64,000 nt of DNA from Ostreococcus lucimarinus (lineage: Eukaryota). Each line of letters begins with the position of its first letter. The stretch's first letter is position 1. Made by a program: the position numbers and the translations under genes. Below are positions 39,487 through 49,145 of the stretch, one piece after another. The DNA is taken from the NCBI GenBank assembly GCA_000092065.1, contig CP000584.1, one strand, 5' to 3'. The notes below the pieces were generated by a model. The model was not told where the DNA came from. It saw only the letters and a program-made list of their open reading frames with translations, and ran no database searches.

Positions 39487-40206
39487 TCATCGAGCCCAAA
39501 ACTTGAACGAGGCCCGCCCACTCGTGGCGTTGGCGAGCCGCTCCTTCAACGTCTCCGCGACTTCTTCCTCGCACTCGATCTGTATGTGCACAGAACCATC
39601 ATCGGAGTACTCTTCGTCGATCTTCTCCGCCGCGAATTCGTCCAAGGCTAGAAATATTTTCCCCAAATCCCCCGGCGCGGCGTTGACGACGGCGTCGACT
39701 TTCGCTCGCACCTCGGTCGCTTCCTTTGCCGCCAACTCCAGAGCTGATTGCGCGGCACCTCCATACGCACGTATCAGGCCTCCCGTGCCCAATTGCGTGC
39801 CACCGTAATATCGCGTCACTAACACGACACAATGGTCCAGACCGCTCGCCGTCACGGCGTTCAGAATGGGCTGTCCGGCTGTCCCGCCTGGCTCACCATC
39901 GTCGCTAAATCTGTACTGCGCCTCCCCGTAGCGGAAAGCCCAACAATTATGACTAGCGCTGAGGTCACTTCGCTCCTTAACGAACCGCAACGCGTCGTCC
40001 GCGCTCGCACACGGCGCGGCGAGCGCGACGAAGCGCGACTTCTTTACTTCCGTCTCAACACGGCAGACGTCGCTCGGCGTGCGGTACGAGGACGCGCGCG
40101 GCGGCGCGGGGGCGCGACGCGACGCGAGCGAGCGACGGAAAATGCTTGAGCGCGATGGGACGAGGTTGAGGTTCTCACCGATCGCTCGCAAGGTTGATGA
40201 CAGCAT
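39487..40206 (-). CDS. YigZ/IMPACT-family (UPF0029) protein with N-terminal organellar presequence
   Basis: UPF0029 motifs KSRFVALAAP...ASHNCWAFRYG...SDDGEPGGTAGQPILNAV. Ser/Arg-rich N-terminus. ATG at 40206. Confidence 0.7.
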   Translation of the reverse strand: MLSSTLRAIGENLNLVPSRSSIFRRSLASRRAPAPPRASSYRTPSDVCRVETEVKKSRFVALAAPCASADDALRFVKERSDLSASHNCWAFRYGEAQYRFSDDGEPGGTAGQPILNAVTASGLDHCVVLVTRYYGGTQLGTGGLIRAYGGAAQSALELAAKEATEVRAKVDAVVNAAPGDLGKIFLALDEFAAEKIDEEYSDDGSVHIQIECEEEVAETLKERLANATSGRASFKFWAR

Positions 40207-40292
40207 GTCGCGCTGTGCGGTTGGCCCGGTCTACTGTCTACGGACAACATTTCTAATGTTTGCTAATCGTACCTACTGCGTGCGTGAGCTAG

Positions 40293-42710
40293 TTAAATCC
40301 AATCATCTAATTCTTGATTGTCGCCCTGAGATGGCGTGCGCGCTGAGGCGTTGTTATGCGTCGCGAACAGCGTGTTGAGTTTGTCGTTGCCGTCGGGGCG
40401 CTTTTCACTCTTGGTGCGCGGAGAGTTTTGCTTGTAATCTGCATACCCGAACTGCGTCTCGTGCTTATTATCCATTTGAGACAGTTGGAGACTGGACGCG
40501 CCCATCGCATTCTTTACCGTCCTCGTGACGGTAGAGCGATTCACGGGCGTCGGAAAACCGAGCGGTTTAGGCATATCGGTGTTTTCATCCCTGGGTTCCA
40601 TATTTTGCATCACCTGATCGAACAGCGCCTCCGTTTGCTCGCCCGCGCTCGGTCGCCCGGTCAGCGTTTTCAGTCGTTTACTTCCAGGCGTCACGCCCGA
40701 TGCGGTGCGTGAGAGCGGTGTTTTCCCACGAGAACCAGTCGACTTGGGCATTCTACTGTCGCCGCTTGGGCTGCTCTTCGCGATCGTACTCGGCGTGGAA
40801 GGTTTCGTCGTATGCAGCGGAGATGCAGAGGGTTGTAATAACCCGGAAAGATCTTTTCCAACGACTTGAGGCGCGAAAGCTTTCTTTGCAGCCGCTTGAA
40901 TCTCCGCGTGAGTTTCACCGGCTGCAGGTTCCGCATTCGATTCGCCAGACTTTGGCTTAAATTCGGACTCGTCCACAAGCTTTCCAGATTTGATGCACGT
41001 TTCCAACCATTCGCGAGTGGCAACTTTAAGACCCCAGTTCATCGCAGCTTCATACTTCTTACCGGAAGCTACCGGTGACAATAGATGGGTGTTTTTCGCT
41101 CGACTCAGTTGGTCTGAATACTTCGCGTCAACGAGCACACACATCATGCGAATCTCACGCTTTGTATCCTCGGTATAGTTTGACGTGCTCATACGAATAC
41201 TACCCCCACTCAAACCTGGGATCGGTACGTCGCACGGAAGTGGTTTGAAAGCCACCGAATTTTCGGGAGAAAGAATGCAGCTTTGCTTCAGGCATTCGTC
41301 CAACCAAAAGCACGTCACAAGTTCCATCTTGCCCAGCGCCATCTTCCTGAGCGTCCTTCGCTCATCCGCGCTCGGCATTGATGGGCACACCATGTAGTCA
41401 GCGTTCATGAACTCTCTACCAGTACGCGAGTCAATTACTGACCCCCCACCTTGACCGATGTAATCACGTGCCGCCGAAGCCTCATCTTCTTGCAAAAGAG
41501 GAGACAACGCGATTCGCTTACCGACGAACGGAATACTATCTGACGTCGGCTGGCCAGACTCGTCCTGTCTATCGAAACGAATCGGTTCCGTCGCAGGCAG
41601 CTCTGTTCCTGTCATTTTAGACGTCTCAGGCACTTGAACTCGAGATAAATTCTCGCGCGCGAGCGGATTTTGATCTCTCGTCACGATCTCGGGTTGTCGA
41701 ATATCTTGCTTCGCGCCCGGATTCAATCGACTCGTTCGGTTACCTCGGTTACCTTCTTCGATCTCATCACGACGTTCGCTCGATAGCGACCTGGTAGATT
41801 GTATCCCTGAATCGGTTCGTCGATTTGATATGGTTTTGTTGACATTCTCCTCCCAGATTTTGTCTTCAATCAAGTAATCTTCCATCGGTAAGCACTTGCT
41901 CTCGCGTGCGCACGCCACAAGCCACGCTGCCGTCACGCAGCGATCTCGCTCCATGCGGACCCGATAATAATCAACCGCACTCGCATGCTCACTAATGACT
42001 ATGTGAGTCGCCTTGTTCATGTCTTTTGTGGTGATCCCCGCCCCTTGACGAACTAGTTTCATCTTTTCAAACGTATCCTCGTGCATGAGATTCTTCTTCT
42101 CTTGATTTCTCGTCTCTCGTTCGTGTGCGTCAAAACCGACCATGTAAAGACGACAACCGAATAGATGATTTGAGTCCCAAGGCGTGTCGTCTTCTAACAA
42201 TTGAGGAGGCACCCACTTAACCACTTCCGGTGCAACAACTCTCTGCTGCACCACCGGGTAACACGCTTCGCCGACGTTTGCCTTCGCTCTCACGCAGTCG
42301 TCCAACCATTTTTGACTCACGATTCTTATGCCCCACTTCAGTGCACTTTTATACTTGCCACCCTCCGGTTTCAACGCGATCAAATGTGTGCACTTTCCCT
42401 GGACTAAATCTGGCGAAAACGTTCCGCCGTTCTGCTCCACCTCCAACTTCAATCGCTCTCGATGCGTCAGGTCCATAAATCCCGTGATCGACACGACACA
42501 TCCCAAGAACGGTGGTACCATGAAACGATCTAGCGCTACCAACCTTTTTCCTTGCGCGCTCGCTCGCAACCAACCCACCGTGACGACCGGTTTCCTCAGC
42601 TGTCTCGCCACGTCGTACTTGAGCGTCGTCGTCGCCGCCGCCAGACACACGTCGAAGTGCGACCCGGGACGATATCCACGATCGATCGTCACGTCCAGCG
42701 CCTGCGCCAG
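40293..42710 (-). CDS. BRCT-repeat protein (TopBP1/Dpb11-like), downstream exon
   Basis: ORF 40293..42692 (GTG start, no in-frame ATG before a stop), so this exon must be preceded by an intron. It holds several BRCT-like modules (VVSITGFMDLTHRERLKLEVEQNGGTF...THLIA...KYKSALKWGIRIVSQKWLDDC; a second pair later). The acceptor CAG|CTG at about 42710 is inferred. Confidence 0.6.
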   Translation of the reverse strand: MAQALDVTIDRGYRPGSHFDVCLAAATTTLKYDVARQLRKPVVTVGWLRASAQGKRLVALDRFMVPPFLGCVVSITGFMDLTHRERLKLEVEQNGGTFSPDLVQGKCTHLIALKPEGGKYKSALKWGIRIVSQKWLDDCVRAKANVGEACYPVVQQRVVAPEVVKWVPPQLLEDDTPWDSNHLFGCRLYMVGFDAHERETRNQEKKNLMHEDTFEKMKLVRQGAGITTKDMNKATHIVISEHASAVDYYRVRMERDRCVTAAWLVACARESKCLPMEDYLIEDKIWEENVNKTISNRRTDSGIQSTRSLSSERRDEIEEGNRGNRTSRLNPGAKQDIRQPEIVTRDQNPLARENLSRVQVPETSKMTGTELPATEPIRFDRQDESGQPTSDSIPFVGKRIALSPLLQEDEASAARDYIGQGGGSVIDSRTGREFMNADYMVCPSMPSADERRTLRKMALGKMELVTCFWLDECLKQSCILSPENSVAFKPLPCDVPIPGLSGGSIRMSTSNYTEDTKREIRMMCVLVDAKYSDQLSRAKNTHLLSPVASGKKYEAAMNWGLKVATREWLETCIKSGKLVDESEFKPKSGESNAEPAAGETHAEIQAAAKKAFAPQVVGKDLSGLLQPSASPLHTTKPSTPSTIAKSSPSGDSRMPKSTGSRGKTPLSRTASGVTPGSKRLKTLTGRPSAGEQTEALFDQVMQNMEPRDENTDMPKPLGFPTPVNRSTVTRTVKNAMGASSLQLSQMDNKHETQFGYADYKQNSPRTKSEKRPDGNDKLNTLFATHNNASARTPSQGDNQELDDWI

Positions 42711-42827
42711 CTGCTCGATCTCATCCTACGTCATCACACTCGTCGTTCGTGCGCACCGTCAGTCTCTCGAGGTCGTCGTCGTCGCGATGATCGTCGGCTG
42801 TCTTCTCGGATTCAAATCTCGACGCAC

Positions 42828-43028
42828 CGTTTGCTCATCCGTGAAACCGGTGATGATGACCACGGTGGACATCACGCGCGGCTCGAGACGCGTCTTACGT
42901 GTCGATCTCGGTTTGAGGCCGCACGTGCGCGCGAAGACGCGCGAGGCGCGATGTGGTGCGTTGCGATGTGGCAACTTCACCGGTTGAGGGACGTTTTTCA
43001 GACTGCGGTGCCAGATTTCGATTTCCAT
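42828..43028 (-). CDS. BRCT-repeat protein, putative 5' exon
   Basis: Track ORF 42759..43028 (-), ATG at 43028. It ends ...MSTVVIITGFTDEQT, then a GTGCGT donor. Splicing to 42710 continues a BRCT module in phase 0 (TGFTDEQT|LAQALDVTIDRGY...). Read-through hits a stop 22 codons later. Which start codon is used is uncertain. Confidence 0.4.
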
Positions 43029-43123
43029 CGATTGTTTCGAAGCATGCGAGCGGGATGATGGGAATCAGCGGACAAGAAATGTTCTAGTTTTCTGAACTTT
43101 TACATGATGCGCGGCGCGCGGGG

Positions 43124-44230
43124 CTATTGCTTGGCAATTTGCGCGAACGATTGCCGTAAGCCGTCGACGGTTTTGCGAAACGAAGCGAGCTCGGCAGATT
43201 GCTTCTTTACCGTCGCTTCGAGGTCCTTGACGCGCGACTCCAGCTTGGTGATGTGAGATTTAGACCCCACATGGCTTTTGTCGAGTTCTGCATGCTTGGT
43301 TTCGAGGGTGAGAAGGGCGGTGTCGATCGCGCGAAGGCCTTCGCGCCTGTGCTCGTCGTCATCGACGACGGCTTGCGCCCACCTCTCGAGCGCGCTCACA
43401 CGCGTCGATACCTTGGTCTCGGCGGTATAAAGCATGCGCAAATGATTTTCAGCATTCTCAAACAGATGTTCAGACATTTTCCCTAGTCTGACGGGATGCT
43501 GGCATCCCAACTCAGCGTAAGGGCATTCCACTTCTCGCATGGCGCAGTCGCCTGCTGCGTGGGCTTCCATCTCTCCTCGGGCGATTTGCCGCCCACACTC
43601 CAGTCTGCAGTCGATGAGCTTGTAAGAGCATCGGTTGTCGTGTTTTTCTTGAGAATGCTTGCTGAAACTCGCGGGGCATCCTTCGTTCGAACACGAAACC
43701 GGAAGAAATTTACAGCTTATCTTGTGCTCAAACAACGCATCCTCATCCACACAAGATTTTCGACAATGCGCCTGAAAGTCCGTGTCGTAATAATCTCTTA
43801 CCAACCTAATGGCTAACTTGTGACGCTCCGCCTCGGGCCACGCGTCATCATTATCAAGAAGCAGTGTTGTCGTCGCCGCTACGCCATCCTCTGTAGAGGA
43901 AAACACACCACTCATAAGCCCTTTCTTCCCCGCCGTCCACGCGTTGATGGCGTTCGACAGGTCGACAAGCGTTCTGTTGCTCCCTTTCGCGCCTCTCACG
44001 AGCGCTTCTTCGAGTTCTTTCGCGCATTCCGTCGCACTTTTGAGTTTGGACGAAGTGGACGACAAAACGCTCGATTGAAACACAACGGCTCGAACGACGG
44101 CGTTGAACAGCGCGCTGGCGACATTGTTCGACGTAGAACAACACACGTGGTCGCACGTTAACCGTGACTCGGGCGCGGTTGACTCGAGCGCGCGAGAGGG
44201 AAGTTCGGACTCGGACGTGTCGTCGCTCAT
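43124..44230 (-). CDS. TRAF-type zinc-finger protein with C-terminal coiled coil
   Basis: Cys/His-rich TRAF-type zinc fingers (CRKSCVDEDALFEHKISCKFLPVSCSNEGCPASFSKHSQEKHDNRCSYKLIDCRLECGRQIARGEMEAHAAGDC...ECPYAELGC) followed by a coiled coil. ATG at 44230. Confidence 0.65.
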   Translation of the reverse strand: MSDDTSESELPSRALESTAPESRLTCDHVCCSTSNNVASALFNAVVRAVVFQSSVLSSTSSKLKSATECAKELEEALVRGAKGSNRTLVDLSNAINAWTAGKKGLMSGVFSSTEDGVAATTTLLLDNDDAWPEAERHKLAIRLVRDYYDTDFQAHCRKSCVDEDALFEHKISCKFLPVSCSNEGCPASFSKHSQEKHDNRCSYKLIDCRLECGRQIARGEMEAHAAGDCAMREVECPYAELGCQHPVRLGKMSEHLFENAENHLRMLYTAETKVSTRVSALERWAQAVVDDDEHRREGLRAIDTALLTLETKHAELDKSHVGSKSHITKLESRVKDLEATVKKQSAELASFRKTVDGLRQSFAQIAKQ

Positions 44231-44429
44231 GGTGAGCGTCGCGTCGACGAATGTGGTTGGTGGTTGGCTTTTGCCGTTCAGAAGTGCGGTCGATATTAAA
44301 ATTAAAAAACATACCGTGCATTATTATCTACGTATTGTCTACGTGCGTGCGTGTCGTGTGTCGTGTGTCGCGTATCCGGAAATTCGGGTAATATACAGTG
44401 GCGTCGGCGCAGACCTGACAGCGCGTTGA

Positions 44430-45356
44430 CTAAACTCGGAGGATCTGGAGGCTGTTTCGGAAAGCTATCGAGATCCAATCCGGTTGCGACGCGCTCCACT
44501 GTAACTGATTGATTTCTGCTCCAGCAGAGTAAGCGAGAATAGGGTCGAGACCGCCTTCGGGTGGTTGATTCATGGACGACAAATCCCAAATCAACGCCTG
44601 ACTGTCGTCGCCCGCCGTGCACATGTGGCTTGAGCTGTGTGGCGCCCACGCCAATGTATTCACGCTCGCTCTGTGACTCTGAAGTTCTGCGACCGGCAAC
44701 GTCGGGAAGCGAATATCGAGAATGATCACCGGACTATCCATGCAAATGGTGGCCATGTATCTCGGATCCTGCTTGTTCCACCCCAAACGCAGCAGCGGCG
44801 TGTCTGGAGTTTGACTCTCGTAAATGATCGTACTGTGATCCTTGTCTCTCAAGTCGAAAACTCGCACACTTCCATCCGCACTTACGCTAGCGAAAACCTC
44901 TGGACCACCCCACGCGATGTCGTACACCTCCTTATCATGCGCGATGAGCTGCGTGTCCACGCACTCGCGCTCGATGTCCCAAATCGTACACGTCGTGTCG
45001 ATCGACGACGTCCCCACTCGCTGAAGCTTGGTCTCGTTCCAATCAAAGCTCGTCAGCGGTGCGCAAAATTCGCTGCTCTTGTTATTATTCAGTAAAGATT
45101 TCATCTGCACCGTGTTATCATCCTGCACTTGCCAGATTCGCAAGTAGTCCCCCGTCGTCGCTAACAAATCCTCCTTCGTGCACTCCTTGTCCGGAATGAA
45201 CAAAATTTTCGTGCAAGGATACGGATGCGTGAACGAACACTGCGCCTCCTTCGGAAACTCCCCGGTTTCCTCGTCCAAGGTGATGATCTCAACCTTGTTG
45301 CTATACTCCTCCACGAACGAACCCAAGGCGAGGCGGAAGCGTTTATCTTGTCGAAC
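44430..45356 (-). CDS. DCAF7: DCAF7/WDR68/TTG1-AN11 family WD40 protein, exon 2
   Basis: [22 protein letters not shown]...DYLRIWQV...[19 protein letters not shown]...[15 protein letters not shown]...[13 protein letters not shown]...[23 protein letters not shown]...[17 protein letters not shown]...[46 protein letters not shown]...[22 protein letters not shown] is collinear with human DCAF7 to the C-terminus. Confidence 0.85.
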   Translation of the reverse strand, partial: VRQDKRFRLALGSFVEEYSNKVEIITLDEETGEFPKEAQCSFTHPYPCTKILFIPDKECTKEDLLATTGDYLRIWQVQDDNTVQMKSLLNNNKSSEFCAPLTSFDWNETKLQRVGTSSIDTTCTIWDIERECVDTQLIAHDKEVYDIAWGGPEVFASVSADGSVRVFDLRDKDHSTIIYESQTPDTPLLRLGWNKQDPRYMATICMDSPVIILDIRFPTLPVAELQSHRASVNTLAWAPHSSSHMCTAGDDSQALIWDLSSMNQPPEGGLDPILAYSAGAEINQLQWSASQPDWISIAFRNSLQILRV

Positions 45357-45543
45357 CTGTCGCGTTCAATTCGACGTCGTCAGTCCACGCCATTCGCGTC
45401 TTCACTCGCGCGTCTCCATTTTTAATCTCCGATCGACCGTTCGCGCGCGTCCCCGAGTCTCCTCCGTCGCGTCTCCTCCGTCGCCCCTCGCGATTCAATT
45501 CTCCCGCGCTCGCCCCCAATCCATCGCCTCGCTCGCCACGCAC

Positions 45544-45615
45544 GCTCCAATTGCACGCGTAGATCATCCACGGCGCCTCATAGGTGTATATTTCCGCCCT
45601 CTTCTCCGCGTTCAT
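45544..45615 (-). CDS. DCAF7: DCAF7/WDR68/TTG1-AN11 family WD40 protein, exon 1
   Basis: ATG at 45615. MNAEKRAEIYTYEAPWMIYACNWS matches human KRKEIYKYEAPWTVYAMNWS. It is followed by a GTGCGT donor. The 187 bp intron (45357..45543) ends CAG| before VRQDKRF, and the spliced junction NWS|[14 protein letters not shown] matches human [17 protein letters not shown]. Confidence 0.8.
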
Positions 45616-45653
45616 CGTTCGCGCGCGCCTTCCTCGTCTTTCGTCGCGCGCCT

Positions 45654-45860
45654 TCACCGCCCGTCGGGTCCCGCGTTCGCGCTCGACGCCTTCGCGTTCG
45701 CGTCCGACGCCTTCGCGTCGCTCGAAGCGCGCGCCTCGCTCGCGTCGACCGCGTCGAGCGCGTCGACCGCGTCGAGCGCGTTCGCGTCGTCGTGTGCCGC
45801 GCGTCGTTCGCGCCGTCGTCGAATCCATCCATCGAATCCATCGATCGATGCGTCCGTCGA
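45654..45860. repeat. Short direct repeats in the DCAF7 / hypothetical-gene divergent spacer
   Basis: acgccttcgcgt x2, gcgtcgaccgcgtcgagc x2 and gaatccatc(c)atcga x2, read directly from the sequence between DCAF7 exon 1 (-) and the 45902 (+) start. Confidence 0.6.
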
Positions 45861-45901
45861 TCGCGCGCGGCGCCGTTCGCGGCGGCGCACCCGCGCGCGC
45901 G

Positions 45902-46633
45902 ATGGACGCCGGCGCGACGTCGCGCGCGCGCACGATGCTCGACGCGTGCGAACGCCTCGGAACGTTCGCCGGCGTCGCGGGCGACGCGCGCGCGGACGGG
46001 ACGGCGCGCGACGGACGGGACGTCGTCGCGGACGTCGTCATCCTCGGCGCGGACCGCGCCGAGGGGACGAGCCCGCGGGAGACGGCGACGATGTTCGCGA
46101 GCGTGCGCGCGCGGGCGAGAGCGTGCGGCGTGGACACGGTGCGAGTGCTGTGCGTCGGGCCGAACGTGCGCGTGGGCGAGGCGTACGAGCTGGGGAGGGA
46201 GTACGACGCGGGCGAGAGGACGCGGGACGAGGCGGCGCTGCGGGTGGAGTTTCGAGCGGGATTGTATCACGAGGAAACGGTCGAGAGAACGGCGGACGTG
46301 GCGTTCGCGTTTAACGCGGGAGTGTGGGGGTACGATCCGAGCGATTGGCATCCGACGATCGAACGAGTGGTGGTGCGAGAGCGAACGCCGCTCGTGCTGA
46401 CGTCGTATAGCTTGCGAGAGGCGGAGAGCGACGAGGACGCGATGCGGGCGAGCCTGAGTGGGTTCGAGAACGTGATGTGGGAGTGGGAGGCGGAGAAAAA
46501 CGCGTCGTGCTCGAGCGAGGTGCGAGAGTTGGGATTTGATCGAACCGAGTACATGAAGAAGGACGCGAGCGGCGAGTCGTCGCAGGACGTATTGCGAGAA
46601 AATTTCGCGTGGCAATGCGTCGCCGTGAATTGA
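45902..46633 (+). CDS. Conserved-looking hypothetical protein (possibly MSS51-C-terminal-like fold)
   Basis: 3' 243 codons of track ORF 45584..46633. ATG at 45902 (alternative 45968). Non-repetitive sequence with patterns VLCVGPNVRVGEAYELG...AFAFNAGVWGYDPSDWHPTIERVV...TSYSLREAESDEDAM. Upstream track codons overlap DCAF7 exon 1 on the other strand and are discounted. The family assignment is weak. Confidence 0.4.
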   Translation: MDAGATSRARTMLDACERLGTFAGVAGDARADGTARDGRDVVADVVILGADRAEGTSPRETATMFASVRARARACGVDTVRVLCVGPNVRVGEAYELGREYDAGERTRDEAALRVEFRAGLYHEETVERTADVAFAFNAGVWGYDPSDWHPTIERVVVRERTPLVLTSYSLREAESDEDAMRASLSGFENVMWEWEAEKNASCSSEVRELGFDRTEYMKKDASGESSQDVLRENFAWQCVAVN

Positions 46634-46707
46634 AAATTTGTCGAGTTGTCGAGTTGTTGAGTAGGTTTTGTAACACGAATGATTTTGATTCTTTCTTTCG
46701 AAAGCGC

Positions 46708-48021
46708 TCACGCGGATGAACAGAAATTTTTTGTGCCCGTGATGGCGTTCATTCGCTTCGCGTGTCGTCGCACGAGATCGAAAGTTGTCTCGTCACTGTG
46801 AATGCCATACGAAGACGTAAGCCCGACGCCTCGGTCATACCAGTGCCAAAATATTGTACCAGAGAGCTTACCGTCTCGCGCAGCGCTCTCCGCAAGGTCG
46901 AATGCAGCGGCAAAGTACTTGTCGCGTTCTGCAAATCCTGTCGCGCCTTCATTTCGATCGACCTTTTTGCCAAACTCTTCCAGTACGAACGGTTTCCCGA
47001 TGCGTTCCGCGATGTTGATGCGCGATTTGATGAACTTTTGCTGTAACTCGACAGATTGCGTCGGAAACCAGTTGTCAGGCCAGACGTGAATACTGACGTA
47101 ATCGATGGAATCCATCCGCGAGTGTCGAGCCCATGATTGACCTTCACGCGAAGCCCAGTCGCTGCCTTCGCCTGGATTTGTCGCCTGCCTCTCCGCGGGG
47201 TCGTCGGAATGGAAAAACCCCTCGTATCCGAGACCAACGAGCTGATTCGGTGCGAATGATTTCAAATAAGTCGCCATTTCATCGATCCATTTCCCGATAG
47301 TGCTCGCGGGGCAATTCTGGCACCTCGCTTCGTTGACAAGATTGTAAGACATGATCGTAGCGTCGTCGCCGTATCGAACACCATTAATTGTATTCCGCCG
47401 TGTGGTGATGGTTTTTATCATGTCTTTGAAGATGCGCTTCGAATTCGAATCAGTAAAGAAATCTTGGTGTTTATCCGCCGTTTGACTCCAGGCGACGTAC
47501 TGGTCGACGCCGCCCACGGGATACCAGTTATCTGCCAACACGAGGCAGACTTTGACGTCTCGCTTTCTGGCTTCATCAAGGAAAAAATCAAGCCCACGCA
47601 GAGCATCTTCGTCCCAGACGCCTGGACGACTCTGAACCTCATTTCCTTTCGAAATTGTGTGCGCCCAAACGCGAACGACTTTCAAACCTTCCGCGACGCC
47701 CTCGTTGAGCAAACGCTGTATGTGTTCTCTGCCTGGAAGTGGCAAGTGGCGCGCCGGCGGTCCAGCTCCAGTCGCCGCCTCCATCATCTCCCACTGGTTC
47801 CATCCGGCAAAGATGAATTCTTTGCCACCGAGCTCAAACTTGTTTCCATTCACGCGAACGAAAGCATCCTTGGGTAAACACGTCGTCGCTTGTGTAGGAG
47901 AACCGACTTCCAGAGCGCCGTGTCGTCCGGCCTCAGTGGTTCGAAACCAATTCGCGTCGTGATCGGCGAGTACGCACGAAGGTAAGAGGGCGAGAATTAT
48001 TTGCAGCGTGAAGAAGCGCAT
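46708..48021 (-). CDS. Secreted glycoside hydrolase family 5 endo-beta-1,4-mannanase
   Basis: Signal peptide MRFFTLQIILALLPSCVLA, then a GH5 mannanase fold (FVRVNGNKFELGGKEFIFAGWNQWE..., GLKVVRVWAH, VLADNWYPVGGVDQY, NEARC catalytic acid region, GYEGFF nucleophile region). The track start is GTG at 48054; ATG at 48021. Confidence 0.8.
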   Translation of the reverse strand: MRFFTLQIILALLPSCVLADHDANWFRTTEAGRHGALEVGSPTQATTCLPKDAFVRVNGNKFELGGKEFIFAGWNQWEMMEAATGAGPPARHLPLPGREHIQRLLNEGVAEGLKVVRVWAHTISKGNEVQSRPGVWDEDALRGLDFFLDEARKRDVKVCLVLADNWYPVGGVDQYVAWSQTADKHQDFFTDSNSKRIFKDMIKTITTRRNTINGVRYGDDATIMSYNLVNEARCQNCPASTIGKWIDEMATYLKSFAPNQLVGLGYEGFFHSDDPAERQATNPGEGSDWASREGQSWARHSRMDSIDYVSIHVWPDNWFPTQSVELQQKFIKSRINIAERIGKPFVLEEFGKKVDRNEGATGFAERDKYFAAAFDLAESAARDGKLSGTIFWHWYDRGVGLTSSYGIHSDETTFDLVRRHAKRMNAITGTKNFCSSA

Positions 48022-48188
48022 GTGGAGGCGAGAAGTGACACATGGCGGCGACACATGGCGGCGTTGTTGTTCCGATGTTTCAATAGTGTGAATACCGCGC
48101 CTCGCTGGCTATATCGAACACAATTTCGAATTCCGTCGAAGAGCGGGATATAACAATGGATCAATGTTGTACTAGTATGCTGATGATA

Positions 48189-49079
48189 TTACATGATGTT
48201 CATTGGCGTCAGGTCTAGTTGTGCATTGTGTCCCGTTCTCGCCTTCGTGGCGAGCGCGATAGCTTTGAGCTCTGCCAAGAGTTCAGGGAAGTGACGAAGA
48301 GGCCACTGCGTGGGGCCGTCCACAGGGGATGAGTTCGGATCATTGTGAACCTCCATAAAAAGTCCATCGACACCAGCCGCGACGCACGATCGAGCGATGG
48401 TTGGGATGAGCTCGCGCGAGCCGCCCGAAGCCACCGCGCCATCCGCGCCCGCCAAGCCCGCTGGTTGTTGGAGCGAGTGCGTAACGTCGGCGACGATCGG
48501 GCAACCTGCGTCGCGCATCAATGGAATATTTCTCATGTCTACGACCAAATCGGAGTACCCAAAAGTGCTCCCACGCTCGCATAGTAACACGTTCTCGTTT
48601 CCGGTTGAGAACACCTTCTTCGCCGAATTTCTCATCACGCTCGGCGCACAGAATTGCCCCTTCTTAATGTTAATCACTCGACCGGTCCTCCCGGCTGCGA
48701 GCAACAAATCCGTTTGTCGACACAAAAACGCCGGAATCTGCATCACATCCGCCACCGCGCTCACCGGTTCCGCCTGCTCCTCGGTGTGAATGTCCGTCAC
48801 GATCGGTACGTCGAACGTCGTCTTCACCGCCTGCAGAATCCGTAAACCGTCGTCGATTCCAGGGCCACGGAACGACGTGATGCTCGTTCTGTTTGCCTTG
48901 TCGAAGCTCGACTTGAAGATGAACGGCACGTCGAGCTCGTCGGTGACGCGCTTCAGCTCTCGACACATGGCGAAGATGTGCTCTTCGGATTGAATGACGT
49001 TCGGTCCTGCCATTAAAAAGAACGGTTGGGAGGACTTTAAGTCACCAAACAAAGCGTTACCGGCGGCGAGGTGCGCCAT
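48189..49079 (-). CDS. kdsA: 3-deoxy-8-phosphooctulonate (KDO8P) synthase
   Basis: Collinear with KdsA/DAHP-synthase-I family (FFLMAGPNVIQSEEH...PFIFKSSFDKANRTS...GPG...GLRILQ...PIVTDIHT..Q...VADVMQIPAFLCRQTDLL.AAG.TGR.INIKKGQF...NVLLCERGSTFGY..LVVDMR...M...PIVADVTHSLQQP). 296 aa, ATG at 49079. Confidence 0.85.
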   Translation of the reverse strand: MAHLAAGNALFGDLKSSQPFFLMAGPNVIQSEEHIFAMCRELKRVTDELDVPFIFKSSFDKANRTSITSFRGPGIDDGLRILQAVKTTFDVPIVTDIHTEEQAEPVSAVADVMQIPAFLCRQTDLLLAAGRTGRVINIKKGQFCAPSVMRNSAKKVFSTGNENVLLCERGSTFGYSDLVVDMRNIPLMRDAGCPIVADVTHSLQQPAGLAGADGAVASGGSRELIPTIARSCVAAGVDGLFMEVHNDPNSSPVDGPTQWPLRHFPELLAELKAIALATKARTGHNAQLDLTPMNIM

Positions 49080-49145
49080 GTCGATCGTGGTGGTTTGACG
49101 CGTCGTGATGTCCGGGCGGTGTGCGCGCGCGCTGATGTTACAAAG

